Shown in pieces: positions 27,053-39,914 of a stretch of 64,000 nt of DNA; the first letter of the stretch is position 1, and each line of letters starts with the position of its first letter. Both the position numbers and the translations under genes were made by a program. This DNA comes from Dicyema japonicum (lineage: Eukaryota > Animalia > Dicyemida): assembly GCA_011109175.1 (NCBI GenBank), contig RDEW01000004.1:1252667-1316666 (forward strand). Direction: 5' to 3'. The notes below the pieces were generated by a model, which saw only the letters and a list, made by a program, of their open reading frames with translations, was not told where the DNA came from and made no database searches.

Positions 27053-27610
27053 ATGAAGCTGTCAGTTTACGTGACATGGCTTTCAATTGTCGGTATTTTA
27101 TGTTCGATCTCCGGATCAACCGAATCAGTTGTGAAAAGCCTATAAATACTACTTTCCACTCTTAGCAGAGTTGGCCTCGAGATTAATGGAAGTAAATCTG
27201 GCGATATACCAAGTATTTAGGGACCCCCCTAGAAGACCAGGAAGATATTAGGATGAGAAGGACGATTGAAAATGCAACATTGCCAAAACTGAAGAAAACC
27301 TGGATTATAAAAAATGTAAACGTGTCGGTCAAGTCTGTGCTGCTTTTCAACGCGGGAACCTGCTTCTGCTTAGAAATCGACTCAAAAAAGTCTGACTCTC
27401 CACTGAGCGCAATTGAGGCAAACCATAATATCGAACAGAATTGTGTACGAAAGAATAAAGTGTCAGTAAATCTCTATTCAAATCACGGAAACTATATTGA
27501 GGCTCTTTAGACAGGTTCCGAAAATGGATAGTGAGGTTCCAGCTAACGTGACCATAAAGGACTTTTCTGCCTCTGACCCTCCTCGATTCCGTGGACCACC
27601 TTCCTCATGA
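27053..27610 (+). pseudogene. Putative secreted orphan protein, frameshifted or mis-assembled
   Basis: Signal-peptide-like MKLSVYVTWLSIVGILCSISG. One frameshift in an A-run plus a candidate 22-nt GT-AG intron links it to ORF 27253-27510. Confidence 0.3.
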
Positions 27611-28284
27611 TCCTCGACGGAGATCTCCGAAAGATTGAGAAAAACTTAAGAGAGAGAGGNCTATATTGAGGCTCTTTGGACAGGTTCCGAGAATGGATAG
27701 TGAGGTTCCAGCTAATCTACCTCCGACCCTCCTCGATTCCGTGGACCACCTTCCTCATGATCCTCGACGAAGATCTCCGAAAGATTGAGAAAAACTTAAG
27801 AGAGAGAGGATTTATGGACTACGAGAGCTTGGGTATGACAAGGGCAAGTGCAAGCGTAGGAGATGACTGGTTTCCAGAGTTGCACATGCTTTGTCATTGA
27901 CAGGGCAAGAGTGCTCAATAATAATGTCAAACTATAAAATCAATTATCATTATATTAATAGTCAGACGATCAATAATTCAAACTATCAGACAAATCTTAC
28001 TTGACACGTGGATATGATTTTTAGCAGTCCTACAGCAGGATGTTATTTGAAAAAAATCATTTATATAGAAAAATCCAGATCAGTCTTCTCGATTGACTAC
28101 ATCCACACAGATTCGCGTAGTCACTGGTGGAAACAACTGAAACTATTTGTGGAATATTCTAGAATAATTTAGAAATTTCTAGAATTTTGGTTCACCCAAT
28201 TCTTAGTGATCTTAAAAGCTGGAAAATAACTACATTCACTACTCGCCAACCTGCCCAAAACAATGATCCTAAAGAGGCGATGTT

Positions 28285-28556
28285 ACTTCTCCTCCAGCTT
28301 ATTGGCTGCTGGCCTCCTACAAGTTAGTGAGGGTAGGGTTACATAACTAACTTCTCCACCTGTCGTCAGAAGTTTAATGGACTGTTGATTTGGTCGGCAT
28401 AAACGTTCTCGGGGTTGAATCAAAAACCNNNNNNTGGCTGCTGGCCTCCTACAAGTTAGTGAGGGTAGGGTTACATAACTAACTTCTCCACCTGTCGTCA
28501 GAAGTTTAATAAACTGTTGATTTGGTCGGCATAAACGTTCTCGGGGTTGAATCAAA
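28285..28556 (-). repeat. Family E repeat, duplicated across an N-gap
   Basis: CCTCACTAACTTGTAGGAGGCC core; two near-identical copies flank the Ns at 28429-28434. Confidence 0.6.
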
Positions 28557-28639
28557 ATCTATAAAGGACCAAAAACTTAGGGCAGACGCAAAAAAGCACA
28601 TTACTAATCTAATTTTTTTAAATAACAATTTATTGAAGA

Positions 28640-29280
28640 ATAAAACCAAATAGTTAAAAACTACTGGCTGCTCTCAGGATTGAGAGCGAATTTCCCCTTA
28701 CGATCTGTAAGGAGATGCGCTCAATGAGCCAGCTCTTCTCTCTGACATCCCTTCTCCTTTTAGAGACTAACGATCCAATTTTGTTGAGCAGGACTAACGA
28801 CCTGCTTCCTATGACTCCCGAAGTTTCGACTGCGACTGGTTCAAATGTGTACTGCTCGCCGAGGCATGTGTACTTCTTAGCTTTAAGTATTTCTGTCTTC
28901 TCTGCAGCTGAGCCTGGATTTGTCGCACTCATTGTAATATTGGAAGGGGAGAAGCTATCTACGCAGGTGGCATCCTACGGGAACAGAGTCCCTCCATCTA
29001 GACAGGGAATCCGGCAGCTTCTAGTCCCCACGCAATAACCTTGTTGATTGCACTATGTCTCAGGCTCCTTCGGCAGGAAAGTGCGTTGAGTCCTTTCACG
29101 TAGACTATTCCTCCACATCTACAGCGATGGATTGCGCAAACATCGACTCCAAGGCAGACGCAAACCCCAATCCTCGTGTTGTCATCGTCCAGAAAAGTTC
29201 CGAGTGAAATCCACGGGAATGCTTTGAGCCATGCACCAAGAGAACAACAAAAAGAAATGAACAGGAAAATAATCAAAGTA
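28640..29280 (-). mobile_element. CRE-like non-LTR retrotransposon, 3' fragment
   Basis: IHRCRCGG...HSAINKVIAWGLEAAGFP; KAKKY...TFEPVAVETSGVIG; WLIERISLQIVRGNSLSIL. Confidence 0.8.
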
Positions 29281-29298
29281 AACCAAGAGAGTAAAGAG

Positions 29299-29781
29299 TT
29301 AATCTAAAATCCCACATTCTGTAATGATGACGTCCTGATTTGGTTTATCACTCCTAGATCTCGGAGTATGCTGAATTTTATTCACAAATTCCATTCCTTC
29401 CACGACCTCTCCAAAAACTACATGTTTATTATCCAAATGGGGTGTCTGAACCGTGGTTATGAAAAACTGAGATCCGTTAGTGTTTGGGCCAGCGTTTGCC
29501 ATGGAGAGAAGGCCAGGTTTATCGTGTTTACGAATGAAGTTCTCATCATTAAACTTTTCTCCGTATATTGACCTTCCTCCAGTTCCGTTAAAGTTCGTGT
29601 AATCACCACCCTGAATCATGAAGTTAGGGATAACGCGATGAAAGATCGTACCCTTATACTTTCCATCCTTGCACAACATGTAAAAATTTTTAGCAGTCCT
29701 CGGGACGACTTCATGATAGAGGTCAAAGACGATCTTTGCATTTTGAACTCCATTAAAAGAAACCAAGAAATAAGCTTTCAT
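29299..29781 (-). CDS. Single-domain cyclophilin-type peptidyl-prolyl isomerase, intronless
   Basis: [74 protein letters not shown]. First ATG at 29781; the ORF track starts at an upstream TTG. Confidence 0.95.
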   Translation of the reverse strand: MKAYFLVSFNGVQNAKIVFDLYHEVVPRTAKNFYMLCKDGKYKGTIFHRVIPNFMIQGGDYTNFNGTGGRSIYGEKFNDENFIRKHDKPGLLSMANAGPNTNGSQFFITTVQTPHLDNKHVVFGEVVEGMEFVNKIQHTPRSRSDKPNQDVIITECGILD

Positions 29782-29846
29782 TGTGAGCAACAAAACCTCG
29801 TGTAAGCAATGTATCTTATTTATTAAGGTTAACCACTCTAAATAAT

Positions 29847-31630
29847 TTATTTTATAAAATAATCATATATAAATAATCTAATAAAGAAAATCAATTGTAA
29901 TTGATTAACACTAACATGGAAGCTGAATTCTTCTCCTCTTTGGGCATTGGCCCTTTGTATCACTCTCACTGTTTCCCACAATACCACTAGAGAAAGCGAA
30001 TCACTATACAAGACAGCTGTTTCTTCTGATTCCTCTTCGACGTCACCTCCGAATTCAGAGCTTCTTGATATAAGATTATTAGTCACCCTTGTAAGTTCAT
30101 CATCATAGTTATCAACTTTCAGCCCATGTCTATGCTCGATTATCATGCTCTCTAAAGTTTTTTTAATCGTCATTGATTGGATGTACGCCCTTGTAGAGAC
30201 ATCCACGTTGAGTCTTTTCATATAGGACTTGTAGTACTTTGTTATTACTCCATCCCATGTCAATTCGGAATTATTGTCACCTTAGCCTTGTGGATTTGTG
30301 TTAGTTCTCTTACCAGAAAGTCGTATTTGTGAGTTTTTCCACTTCAACATGTTTTAGTAAATCTTGGGAAGTGATCCCTACTTGTATTAGTATTATTTCG
30401 TTCTTGGATTTATCGTGTATGAAAATATCAAGTTTGTTATTTTTAACTTGTTTATCCAACTTTTTGGTTCACACTATCAATTGGACTGTATGCATCTTTA
30501 TCCTTTTGGTTTCTGTTATTCCAAATTGATGACATAGTTGTAGGTGAATACATCTTACAAATTTGTTATGTCGCCGCATATACGCACCTCTAAGATTCCT
30601 GGTACATCATGTAGCCAGGTGATCCACACTTTTTTTGGTCATACCACATTGACTGAAATTTGCTTTTATTTTCTCAATGAACAGATTCGATCCATTGTCA
30701 TGCAGTACATTGCTTCCGACATTGGATTATTGTTTCCCCCAGTATTTCCTCTCAAGGTCGGTCAAAAATTGAAATACATTCACTCTTATCAGAAATTAAG
30801 GTTAATCCTCTTCCAAAACTATTCCTTCTGATATGTAATCTTTCTTTGTTAGTAGGTTTTAAGTGCACTCGTAAGTTAGAGAGTATACGCTGGATTTCTA
30901 AATCAATAGATTCGAATTCACGTGGTTCATTGTCGATAAGCCCAATATAATAATTATATAGCGAGAGTGCGTATTCATTTATCCCTTTAAACAAGTTTAC
31001 AGCGTTTAATTTCGAATTCGCCAGCATCTCTATCCTTTTCTTCACATTTTCACCAATTTTTTCCATAACTTTGTCTTTCATAACCTTACTCCCTTTATAT
31101 TCTAACACTCCAAGATAGCCATGTCCCTCACAACCATCCAGATAACTTGTATCTTTGGCACATTTCAGATTAGTTGCAGACTTTTCACAGTTTATTTTTA
31201 AAGCCAACAACACCCAGATATTCATCAATATCCACCATTATTGTTAGAATAGTATCTTCATATTCGGCAATTATTTACAGGTCGTCAATAAAAAGAAAAT
31301 GGTTAGTCGCATATGTCACAATAGACGGATCACTCTGATCAATACATATCTTCGGGAATTTTATATTTAATATTCGGCTTAGTGGGTCCATTACCAGAGT
31401 AAACAGTTGAGGAGAGAGTGAGTCTCCTTGCAAGATTCCTTTCCCGGGTTTGACCTTCCCAATTCTCTTTTGTTAAGGTTCAAAATAACATTCCATTTGC
31501 TTATTAGATTCTTGATAGATTTCACAATCCATTCCGGAACTCCAGAGCTGTTAAGAATCCGACACAAAAATTCATGATTGACAGAATCGAAAGCCTTCTT
31601 CACATCAATCCATGTTGTGAATAAGAGCCT
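29847..31630 (-). mobile_element. R4/Dong-like RLE non-LTR retrotransposon (family C), 3' half
   Basis: RT WIDVKKAFDSVNHEF and ILQGDSLSP; zinc-knuckle remnant SQCGMTKKSVDHLAT*C; PD-(D/E)xK-like NKLDIFIHDK..EIILIQVGITS...EK; end TWDGVITKYYKSYMKRLNVDVSTRAYIQSMTIKKTLESM. Confidence 0.85.
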
Positions 31631-31870
31631 CCAAAATCACGGAAAGATGAACTTCTGGAGAGTTCAGCCACCAATGCCTCTTGAAGCCATGATACAAATG
31701 AACCATGGGACGCGCCATCGTGACTACAAGGATCCAGTCATTCAGTCGATAGGTGCTTGTATTGGGTCGAGGGATGAGCATCGGGCCAAAATGAGGTCCC
31801 TGATAGAGCGTGCTGGGATCACGTGATTAGTTAGCTTATGTAACCGTGATCTCTGGTGTTATTATTATTG
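31630..31870 (+). mobile_element. Family A LINE, extreme 3' end
   Basis: HRDYKDPVI...EHRAKMRSLIERAGIT*, signature GGGATCACGTGA and a (TTA)n tail; homologous to 60070-60310. Confidence 0.7.
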
Positions 31871-33460
31871 AAGCTGTTAATCTACGTTTGTGGGCAGCAT
31901 AGACATTAATGATATACGTAATCGATTTCTTTTTATTCAATTGAATGATAGCGATTCTGTAACTCTCCATAGCTTGAGTAGCCTATTCACGATTGATATA
32001 TGAACTGCGAAGCCCATTTCATAGACGGCTGTCGGACGGTAGTAGTGTTAGCCAGTATTTTATGTAACATACACCCTGATTTACTTTCATCTTCATATCT
32101 TGTAGGCAGGCAATGCTAAGTTTGTTTAGTGTTTGAAGGGAGTGAGTCCTCAGACGTTGAAGGTTGCAATTGTAAACGGGGTAGAATAGACAGGCGATAA
32201 AAACAGAAACTATTAGAGAGGTGTCAACTACTCAACCAACATGACGAACGTCGAAAGCAGATCTTAGCAGACTTGACAGATACCACAGAAATCAGCTAAG
32301 GAAAATAGTAGGCATCTACTGGTCGAAGGACTCTCTAAGATCTATGTAACTGTTCCCCGATAAGTGAGAAAGTGATAAATCTCGCTGGCGACTTTTTTGG
32401 CATATTCTCTGGTGAATAGCTCATTATGGAGGATTTTTAATCAAAATTCGACTGGGTGCTTTTGTTGAGGGCAGAGAACTACGCTTCCTTTCTTTGCTAA
32501 TATTGGTGGGAAATAAAACAGCGAACTACCACGATGAACTGCAGAGAGGTGGGAGGAAGAAAGTTACATTGAGAAAACTGTTAGAACGGATATTCAAGAG
32601 CGCAACTTAACCGGAACCCTAAGTATTCATGTGTCTATGGGCAAGGCAGGATTGCATTTAACTAACTTGTACTGCTCAATTCATTAATTTAGTGGCGGAA
32701 GGATTACGCCTGGAAGTGTCACCTACAAAATCAGTCATCAACTGTATTCTAATAGTTCTATCATAAGCGTCCAGTGCTCCGCCAAACACACGGGGGCCAC
32801 ACGCCTCTTGCAAAGTGCCACGTGTTTGACATGCCTGCAATAAAATACACATAAATATTTCATGTGTATGGAAGTCAGTTACCTCTCTTGTTAATTTAGC
32901 ACTTAATCAGTGCTTCCAGCTGTTTTTCAAATTTTAATACAAGACAACAAAAATTTATTAAACTCTAACAATCTATCCACGTTTACCTCTCATGACAGTC
33001 ATCAAGAAAAACTGGAGGAGCTACTGAGTTTCACAGATTTCATAGCCTTTTAGTGTAGCCATACGTTCTAGACTATTGTGGGAGATAAAAAATCAATTCT
33101 TATCATTCAACTTTTCTCGACAGCACTTGCAAAGAACGTAGACAGGCCGTAGAGCCATTGTATTACTTCCCCCTACTCCACTTTTCTGTAGAGAATAGTG
33201 CCTTGATCGCGCTCTCAGTGATATTATCGAGAAATAGGACGTTGATACAGGTGGTGTACCATACTTTCCCATCAACTCGTTATCGGTCTCCTTGGTCATT
33301 GACTGAAGGGAGATATTGAACCTTTTCCGTTAAAATATCTTTATAAAAACATTGTTTCCTGAATTTTGAAGATAGCCATTATATCTCATATCTACGCTCA
33401 AGTCGGTCAACCGCATTTTATCGCCATATAAAATGAATTGGGGTTATCATCTATCAAATC

Positions 33461-36400
33461 ATGTTTTTATTCGATTTTAAAAAATCTTATAATATTGCAG
33501 TATGCAGCCTCGATGGGAGACAATTAAATTTTAAAATTAAAGTAGTCAATTCTGACAATTCTAGGCAAAAAGTGTTGGCGGCATACTTTTTAACCTTGTT
33601 TGCGAAACGATCAATTTACAGGACACGGATTACTTTGGTCTCCAATATTTGAATTCCAAGGGATATGTGGTTTCCAAAATCTCTTCATTTAGGTGTGGCT
33701 CGATAACGAAAAAACTCTGAAAAAGCAAATTTGTCACCTAGATCATAAAGTGTTGAACTTTCGACTCAAGTTCTACATTGAAGATCCCACCCATCCAGAA
33801 AGTGAATACACGAGGTTTTGGTTTGATTAACAAGATATTTATTTGCACTTCAAATTGCGCTCGATTTGGCCGAAGGGTACATCAACGGCACGAATGGGGA
33901 GGTTTCTACGATGCTGTCATATATCTTCCAATGTATAGACTATTTGTGACCGACAGCTGCTCTGGGGGATTTTAGTTCGAAAATGTACAAATTTTTGAAC
34001 CTAAAAAATTTCTGGCCTGTGAGGGCTAAAACCGTATTGGCACGTTGCTTAGAACTTTACGAAAAAAACAAGTTTATTTAAAATCTGGAAATTTTCAGAG
34101 GAATGTCGAAATCCGAGGCAGACATCAAGCTTCTAGATCTTTCTAGAAAACTGGAAAGCTACGGCAAGAAAGCCTTTTGCTGTGAAGTAAATTTAATCAT
34201 TTACCTTAGAGCTGCATCACCAAAAAATTACAAGTTTTTATATGTTCAAACTACAAAGGAATCCACGTGTACGATCGAAGATCTCTTTTGATACGATATC
34301 CGTGGGAAACTGTCTTTACAGTGCTCTTTCAGGGAAAAAAAGTTATTATTAAATACTGCAAACCACCTGAAAACCACGTGTGAGCTGATATTTAACAGAG
34401 TAGACCATAGTCCACAAATATTTATTCAGAAATCCTCACGAATCGCGGAATTACTGGAAAATCGTGTGGGAACAAATGTCATTTTTCAAAAATATCATCC
34501 AACAAAAAAACCGCCGAGTTGGATGGTCAAGTTTTCTGAAGCGAGGATCACGGTTCCGATACAGCGGGCGGACTATGTCGGGCATGAAGTCTTCGCAACT
34601 CACTGAATCTCGGAAATCCCTATCCTTCGAGCGGTATTCTCTTTTTAGTGATCATTAGGATCCATTTCCTTCAAATTAATGCCGACGAAACAGAGTCACT
34701 TTTTGACGAGCGAGTCAATAGAAAAAACAGGTTGCTTTCGAAACGTAACAGCCAAAGTCTGTCTGTTTTAGATTTCTTAAAACTAAAAAATCTTAACTTT
34801 CTGATTAACGAAACCGAGTAACTCTTGATTTCACCTCTTAGACAAGTCAGCAAGTCCTCACCAGAAACTGTTGGCGATATTATTTACAGATTTGAGAATT
34901 ATTTCAAAAAAGTTTTATTTTTTGACCAAAAAGGACTCCCAATTATTTCAAATACTATGCGATCTTTACTGCTCAGAAATAGTTTACTTCAACGACTTAA
35001 AAGTAAGTGCTTTAGTAATCCAAGGATTTGAAGAAATGTGTAGGATTCATACCGGCAAAATTCAACATTTCAGAGTTTGAACACGTGCTCGGTCTCATAA
35101 CCCTGGTTCACGAAGATTTATTAATTTTATTTGACGACAGTCTCCCCCCAAAGTACAATTTCGCACAATCCGGCGTTTTACTGTTCATAAAAATACACAA
35201 AACTCTCAAAGTCCCATTGTCTCATACTTTAGCTATATTCGTACTATCTGTCCTTCATTAATGACGTCATCAGCACAATAATCGACAGTCTCCTGACTTG
35301 TGAAAAGTTCAGAGAAGAAATATCCAATTTTGAACGAAATTCATACGTCACCGTGATTCGGCTTACTTTGCGGGCTTTCCAACAACTTTCTCACTACGAA
35401 TGGAACTTTCGCTGTATAGGTTCGACAAATTTTAGGGTTTTCCAAGTATTTCGAGTTCAGCGAAAGTTTTTACGACGGTATTTCGAGAAGTGCACTAAGT
35501 TTAGATTTTTGTGGAGAAATCCGAGGAGTGGTAGAAATTCATGAAAACCAACTAAAATCTTCAGTATTCTACGAAATTTGTTTTAAAGATTGGAGTGATT
35601 TGCTCTTTCGAATGCCAGGAATTTATAGCCAACATCAGTAATTTGCGGACCCACCAATTTGTTAGAATGGGAGTCATAATCGTAAATTCAGCCTTGGAAG
35701 TGGTCATTTTGGTTTTGCGTTCATTTTACTTCAGTTTACGAATTTCCTTGTCTTCTGTAAGCCAACTGCCCAAGATTTTGAGGCGACGCGGGTGATCCCA
35801 TTGAGTTCTGAGATGGTAGTGGAATTCACTTTTTTAGAACGTCGTGAAATGCGGGGGGAACATTTTTACTATAAAAACCAAAAATGAGCAAATTTCGTGT
35901 GAGACCAAGTGAGATGGAATCCTCAGTTTTAGAACCAAAGACCAGGCAAAACTGTGGATGGAGGACATCAGGAACTCCACTTCAGCCAAATTTGATTTCG
36001 ACGTGGAATTTTCCGCTTCTCAAAGTTTTAAATTTATTAATCCAGCAATGCCCAAAATCTCTCCAATTCTTTATATTGAAAACCTGCTGCAGACATGCTG
36101 GAGGTACAAAATTTGTTCCTTGTCTGTCCCCGATATTTTATCGGGATTTAAGGTCCAGAATCGCTTTAAAATCCACAGACCACATACTCTTCATATTTGC
36201 TTCAAAACATCGAAAAATCAGACAGCAGATTTTTTACGATCCTAAACAATTCATGTCTTTATTTTTTTAGAAGATATGTTTTGAAAAATGTCGCCTATAT
36301 GCTTATTTTAGCCGAACATTCAAAATTGTGTGAGGAAGCAATGCGTCCTTGTTTCGCAGACCTCCGTTTCGATAATCCATGAAAATAATTCAACAGAAAC

Positions 36401-36537
36401 AGGGAGAAGATATGTTTTGAAAATTAACTCTGATAGTTCAGAGCTGACTTTGTATTGTCACACAATTCATTCACGAGACAGGTTTTTTGGTTTAATTTTT
36501 AAGGTGGCTTTCATCGTTGATTTCTGCTTCTTTATAG
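33461..36537 (+). CDS. FERM, RhoGEF and PH domain protein (FARP/Cdep-like), multi-exon; start approximate
   Basis: FERM: IAVCSLDG..LFNLVCETINLQDTDYFGLQY..VWLDNEKTLKKQ..FRLKFY..YLFALQI..LGDF..GMSKSEADIKLLDLSRKLESYG..IRYPWE. A DH-like start (LCDLYCSEIVYFNDLK) and PH-like segments end in HSRDR|WLSSLISASL*. Introns 20-27 nt, e.g. 33542-33564. Confidence 0.8.
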
Positions 36538-37557
36538 ATTGAGTTTTTGTTAAATAACACTAAAGTAGTCTAAACTTAACAATAATGCCAGGATTACGAC
36601 AAATAATCCTTGATTTTATTTATCATCGTATTTTCGATAATATAGATCCTCCTTCAGTCTAAGATTGAGTTGGGGACATAACTTTACTGTCTCTCGATTG
36701 ACATAACTTCATCCTTGTTCTTATGGAGATGGACGACTCAAAAAATTGCTTACGGCTCAGACTTGACGTCTGAGAACTTCAAATGTGTCGTAATAAAGGT
36801 TGGCTGTCAGGAAAGGGATTCATCTTACTTCCTGGAGACGGAGTGCCCTGGAGTTCACCAGATACGACGTCATTAACAAGATTGAGCAACTACCGAATAG
36901 TTCGTTTGGTAGAGATAGGAACGAACACTAAGTTACCGTTCCCAGATTTCTTTAATCAAGTGTGAGACTTTACCCTGGGACATACTCAACACTCATAAAG
37001 TTAACGACATTTCGCCTGATATTAACGGAAATAAAGCTTCCCTAAGATTGGAAGTTCATGGTGACTTGGCATTTATCGCTTCGGTCGACATACGACTTTA
37101 TAAGACTATATGGACAAAATCTGACAATAGGTTTGGGGAACCCCCAATGCCTAAACGACCACAAGACAGAACACCTCTTCTTTTGTCCTGATACGCCTTT
37201 AATTTCTGCGCTATAACAGATAAATCTGATTGATCTTTGGAAATGTCCGTTTTTGGTTGTTATTTTCTATTACAGGTTTTCTTCACTTGATTGGAATGGG
37301 GGTAAATAAATAAGTGAACCACGTGACCAGTTCTATCTTTTATGAATAGAGTCTTTGATAAGTTTATTTTTTTTAAAATTTGCAGAGAAAATGACACAAG
37401 TGATCGATTCGTAGTGTTTGACATTTCCTAAGGTAACCACATCATCAGGTTTACGGGTAACTCCATTGGTGAGGGAGATCCGATTGAAAGATGTTAAGCA
37501 TATCGTAGAATGAATTAAATACAATGAAAACAGGAAATCAGAATCAGACAAAAGTAA

Positions 37558-39914
37558 CTAAGCCATAAGAAGTGAATATTGGTATTGCAAGGCATCACAA
37601 AGGGCAGCACAGAACTCACTAGAATTTGTCTCCGCGGAGGATATGTAGGACGTAATTGCAAAGATGATATGCTCGTCCTGAGGATTATAACAGATCCCAT
37701 ATCCATCTTGGCAGGCTGGTCCAAAAACAAGTACACCATCTTCTGGCATCGGGACCTTAAAATCCCTCACATTTATGAACCTGACTCGTGGACAGTCGGA
37801 AGAGGAAAAAATTCTTATAAGCCTCGTCATTGAAAAACTGGGGAGGAGTCATCCTATTCTCCAAAAAGGCCCACTTAATAGCGTTCAGGTATCGGTCTGT
37901 CCCTTCCCCAGACAGAGTCTACAGTGAAAAAGAAGTCAAACCTTCAGAGAAATCTTTGAGTGAGCAGCCACAGCATTTTTCAAAAGTTCCCGCTTAACTG
38001 AGTTACTCGTTGTGGGGCAGTCAGCTTCTACTACAAATTTGCAAGCGGACTCTGTGCAAGATCTAATCGTGTCTGTTCTCCCTCCAATGAATCTCCGAGT
38101 CGCCCCGGATTCGTATGTTGCAGTGAAATTCTTATGTAGCCTAAAACTCGCCACAAAACCCAAACCTGTAATAAACCAGCTGATAGGCCACCTGGATGAA
38201 TGCATCCGGAGACATTTTGAAGGTTTTAATCACATTCTTCCCAAATCTGTCGAATTTAAGATACTTGCAGTCAACATTTTCGATTTTCCTCAAAATATTG
38301 ACAAATCCAACTTATTTATGTACAAGGAAGCATTCTCTATGTCTTCTTGGATCTCCTTATTGATATTCCAGGTCAGTTTGGTCGGCTTTTCACCAGAAGA
38401 GGTCGAACAGTCCAATTCTTCAAATGCATGACTACCATAAACAAGACACAAACGTGTCGGGGTAAACAATCATCTGTGCCAATTTGGCCAGAGCAACCCC
38501 CTCAGCCGGAGTGTGCTCGTAGGTGAACCCGTAACAACCGTCTTCTAGTTTGTAGATAAGCTAATTCAGTTAAATTAACGAATACTTGCAAAGTCTTGTC
38601 GAACCAACGATTTCCAGTGTATAACCCTCTGCCGTGGAGCATGTGATGAAGGAGACCATCCTTGTAGTCTTCCTGAGGGCTGACGGTGGGGGACTCTTCC
38701 GTAACTTTACAGGGTACCGTCAATGCAGAGAATAAAGAGAGAATTCAGGATATTTTTCATATTTTGCTTGTTTTTAGGGTCTGAGGTTACAATTGAGCCA
38801 AAATACCATAATGAAGTCGTGTGAAGGAGGTCGCCCACTCAGTCCGAGACCAGGAAGTGAGGACTCCGACTCTGGGTTCATCTGCCGAGTTAATCTCACT
38901 ATTTTGGACGAAGAAATTTTCTAGTTGATTTTCCAAGGCGGAGAGTGAGAGAGGCTTGCCTTCCCGGTCATACAAATCGAAGCGGAAAAACTTGGTAAAA
39001 AAACATAATACAGCATTCTTGTAAGCAATAGTGATATGATTCGATATATATTTGTGCATTTGGTCCTCATATGGAAGTGGGATTCTGCAGACTCCCAGGA
39101 TGTAATAGTACTGCTGCATGCAGAGAGGATACTTCCCCACAATCTCAGTTTTTAGCTTTCCCCTGCAATATATCAGAATTTTTATGAAAAAAAAAATTTA
39201 GCATAAAAGTAAAAATCCTTAAAATTCAAATTATAAAAACAAATATTAAAATAAGTAAATAATAATTGAATAAAAAATATAAAATTAATTAATTATTTAA
39301 AATATTAATTACACAGAAATTATGTGTGGTTTTGGATGGCAAACCTTTCAAGAATATTCTTATAAAGGATTATGGACTGCAAGATTTCGGCAATGGCCCT
39401 ATTTTATACTAAAATAGTCACAACCTCGAATGCGACTTGCTTTCGGATTTTTGGCCCAAAAGTAGCCCAGGACTTGTCGTGATCACCAACGAGTCCCTAG
39501 ATTTCAAATATCCGTATTTTAGCCAGTAGTCGCTCAGCTAAAATTAGGAAACTAAGAAACCCAGTTATCCTCGACCTTCGCCTTCTCCAACAACAAATTT
39601 TGCATTTTTTGTACGTTTTTGTCATCCAACAGTAATCTAGCATTCTTTAGTCATAAATTTGAAGGAACCTGTAAATTCTGTTCAAATTGCGATTCGGTCG
39701 TTAGTCGCTTAACTTCGAGAAGATAATCATTTATTGTTTCCGATAAACAGGGGATGGGGAGTTTTGGAAGGGAGGAGCACGTCATTCTTTGGTGCTTCGT
39801 GATATTTACCTAAAAATTAAGAGTAGACAATCGGACAAATTAAAAATTAACTTTAATTACCAAAACATCGTAGAATTTGCATATTATTTGTGGTCGAAAT
39901 CTAAAGCCGAGCAT
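37558..39914 (-). CDS. CRAT: Carnitine O-acetyltransferase-like (choline/carnitine acyltransferase family), multi-exon
   Basis: SLPKLPIP; NW|LSDYW; NRWFDKTLQ; catalytic FTYEHTPAEG; ATYESGATRRFIGGRTDTIRS; GEGTDRYL; FRLSTSQ|VP; FGPACQDGYGICYNP. TDT and DR are carnitine-type rather than ChAT-type (VDN and DN). Confidence 0.9.
39163..39344 (-). other. Unusually long (182 nt) AT-rich GT-AG intron in CRAT
   Basis: Removing it joins ...YKNILE(R) to GKLKTEIVGKYPLCM in frame. Confidence 0.75.

Noticed and set aside
36650-37250. Possible gene between FARP and CRAT
   Set aside because: No open frame; only a faint zinc-knuckle-like EHLFFCP that suggests an old LINE remnant.
37558-39914. Choline acetyltransferase identity
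   Set aside because: The specificity residues are carnitine-type (GRTDTIRS and DR), not ChAT-type (GRVDNIRS and DN).
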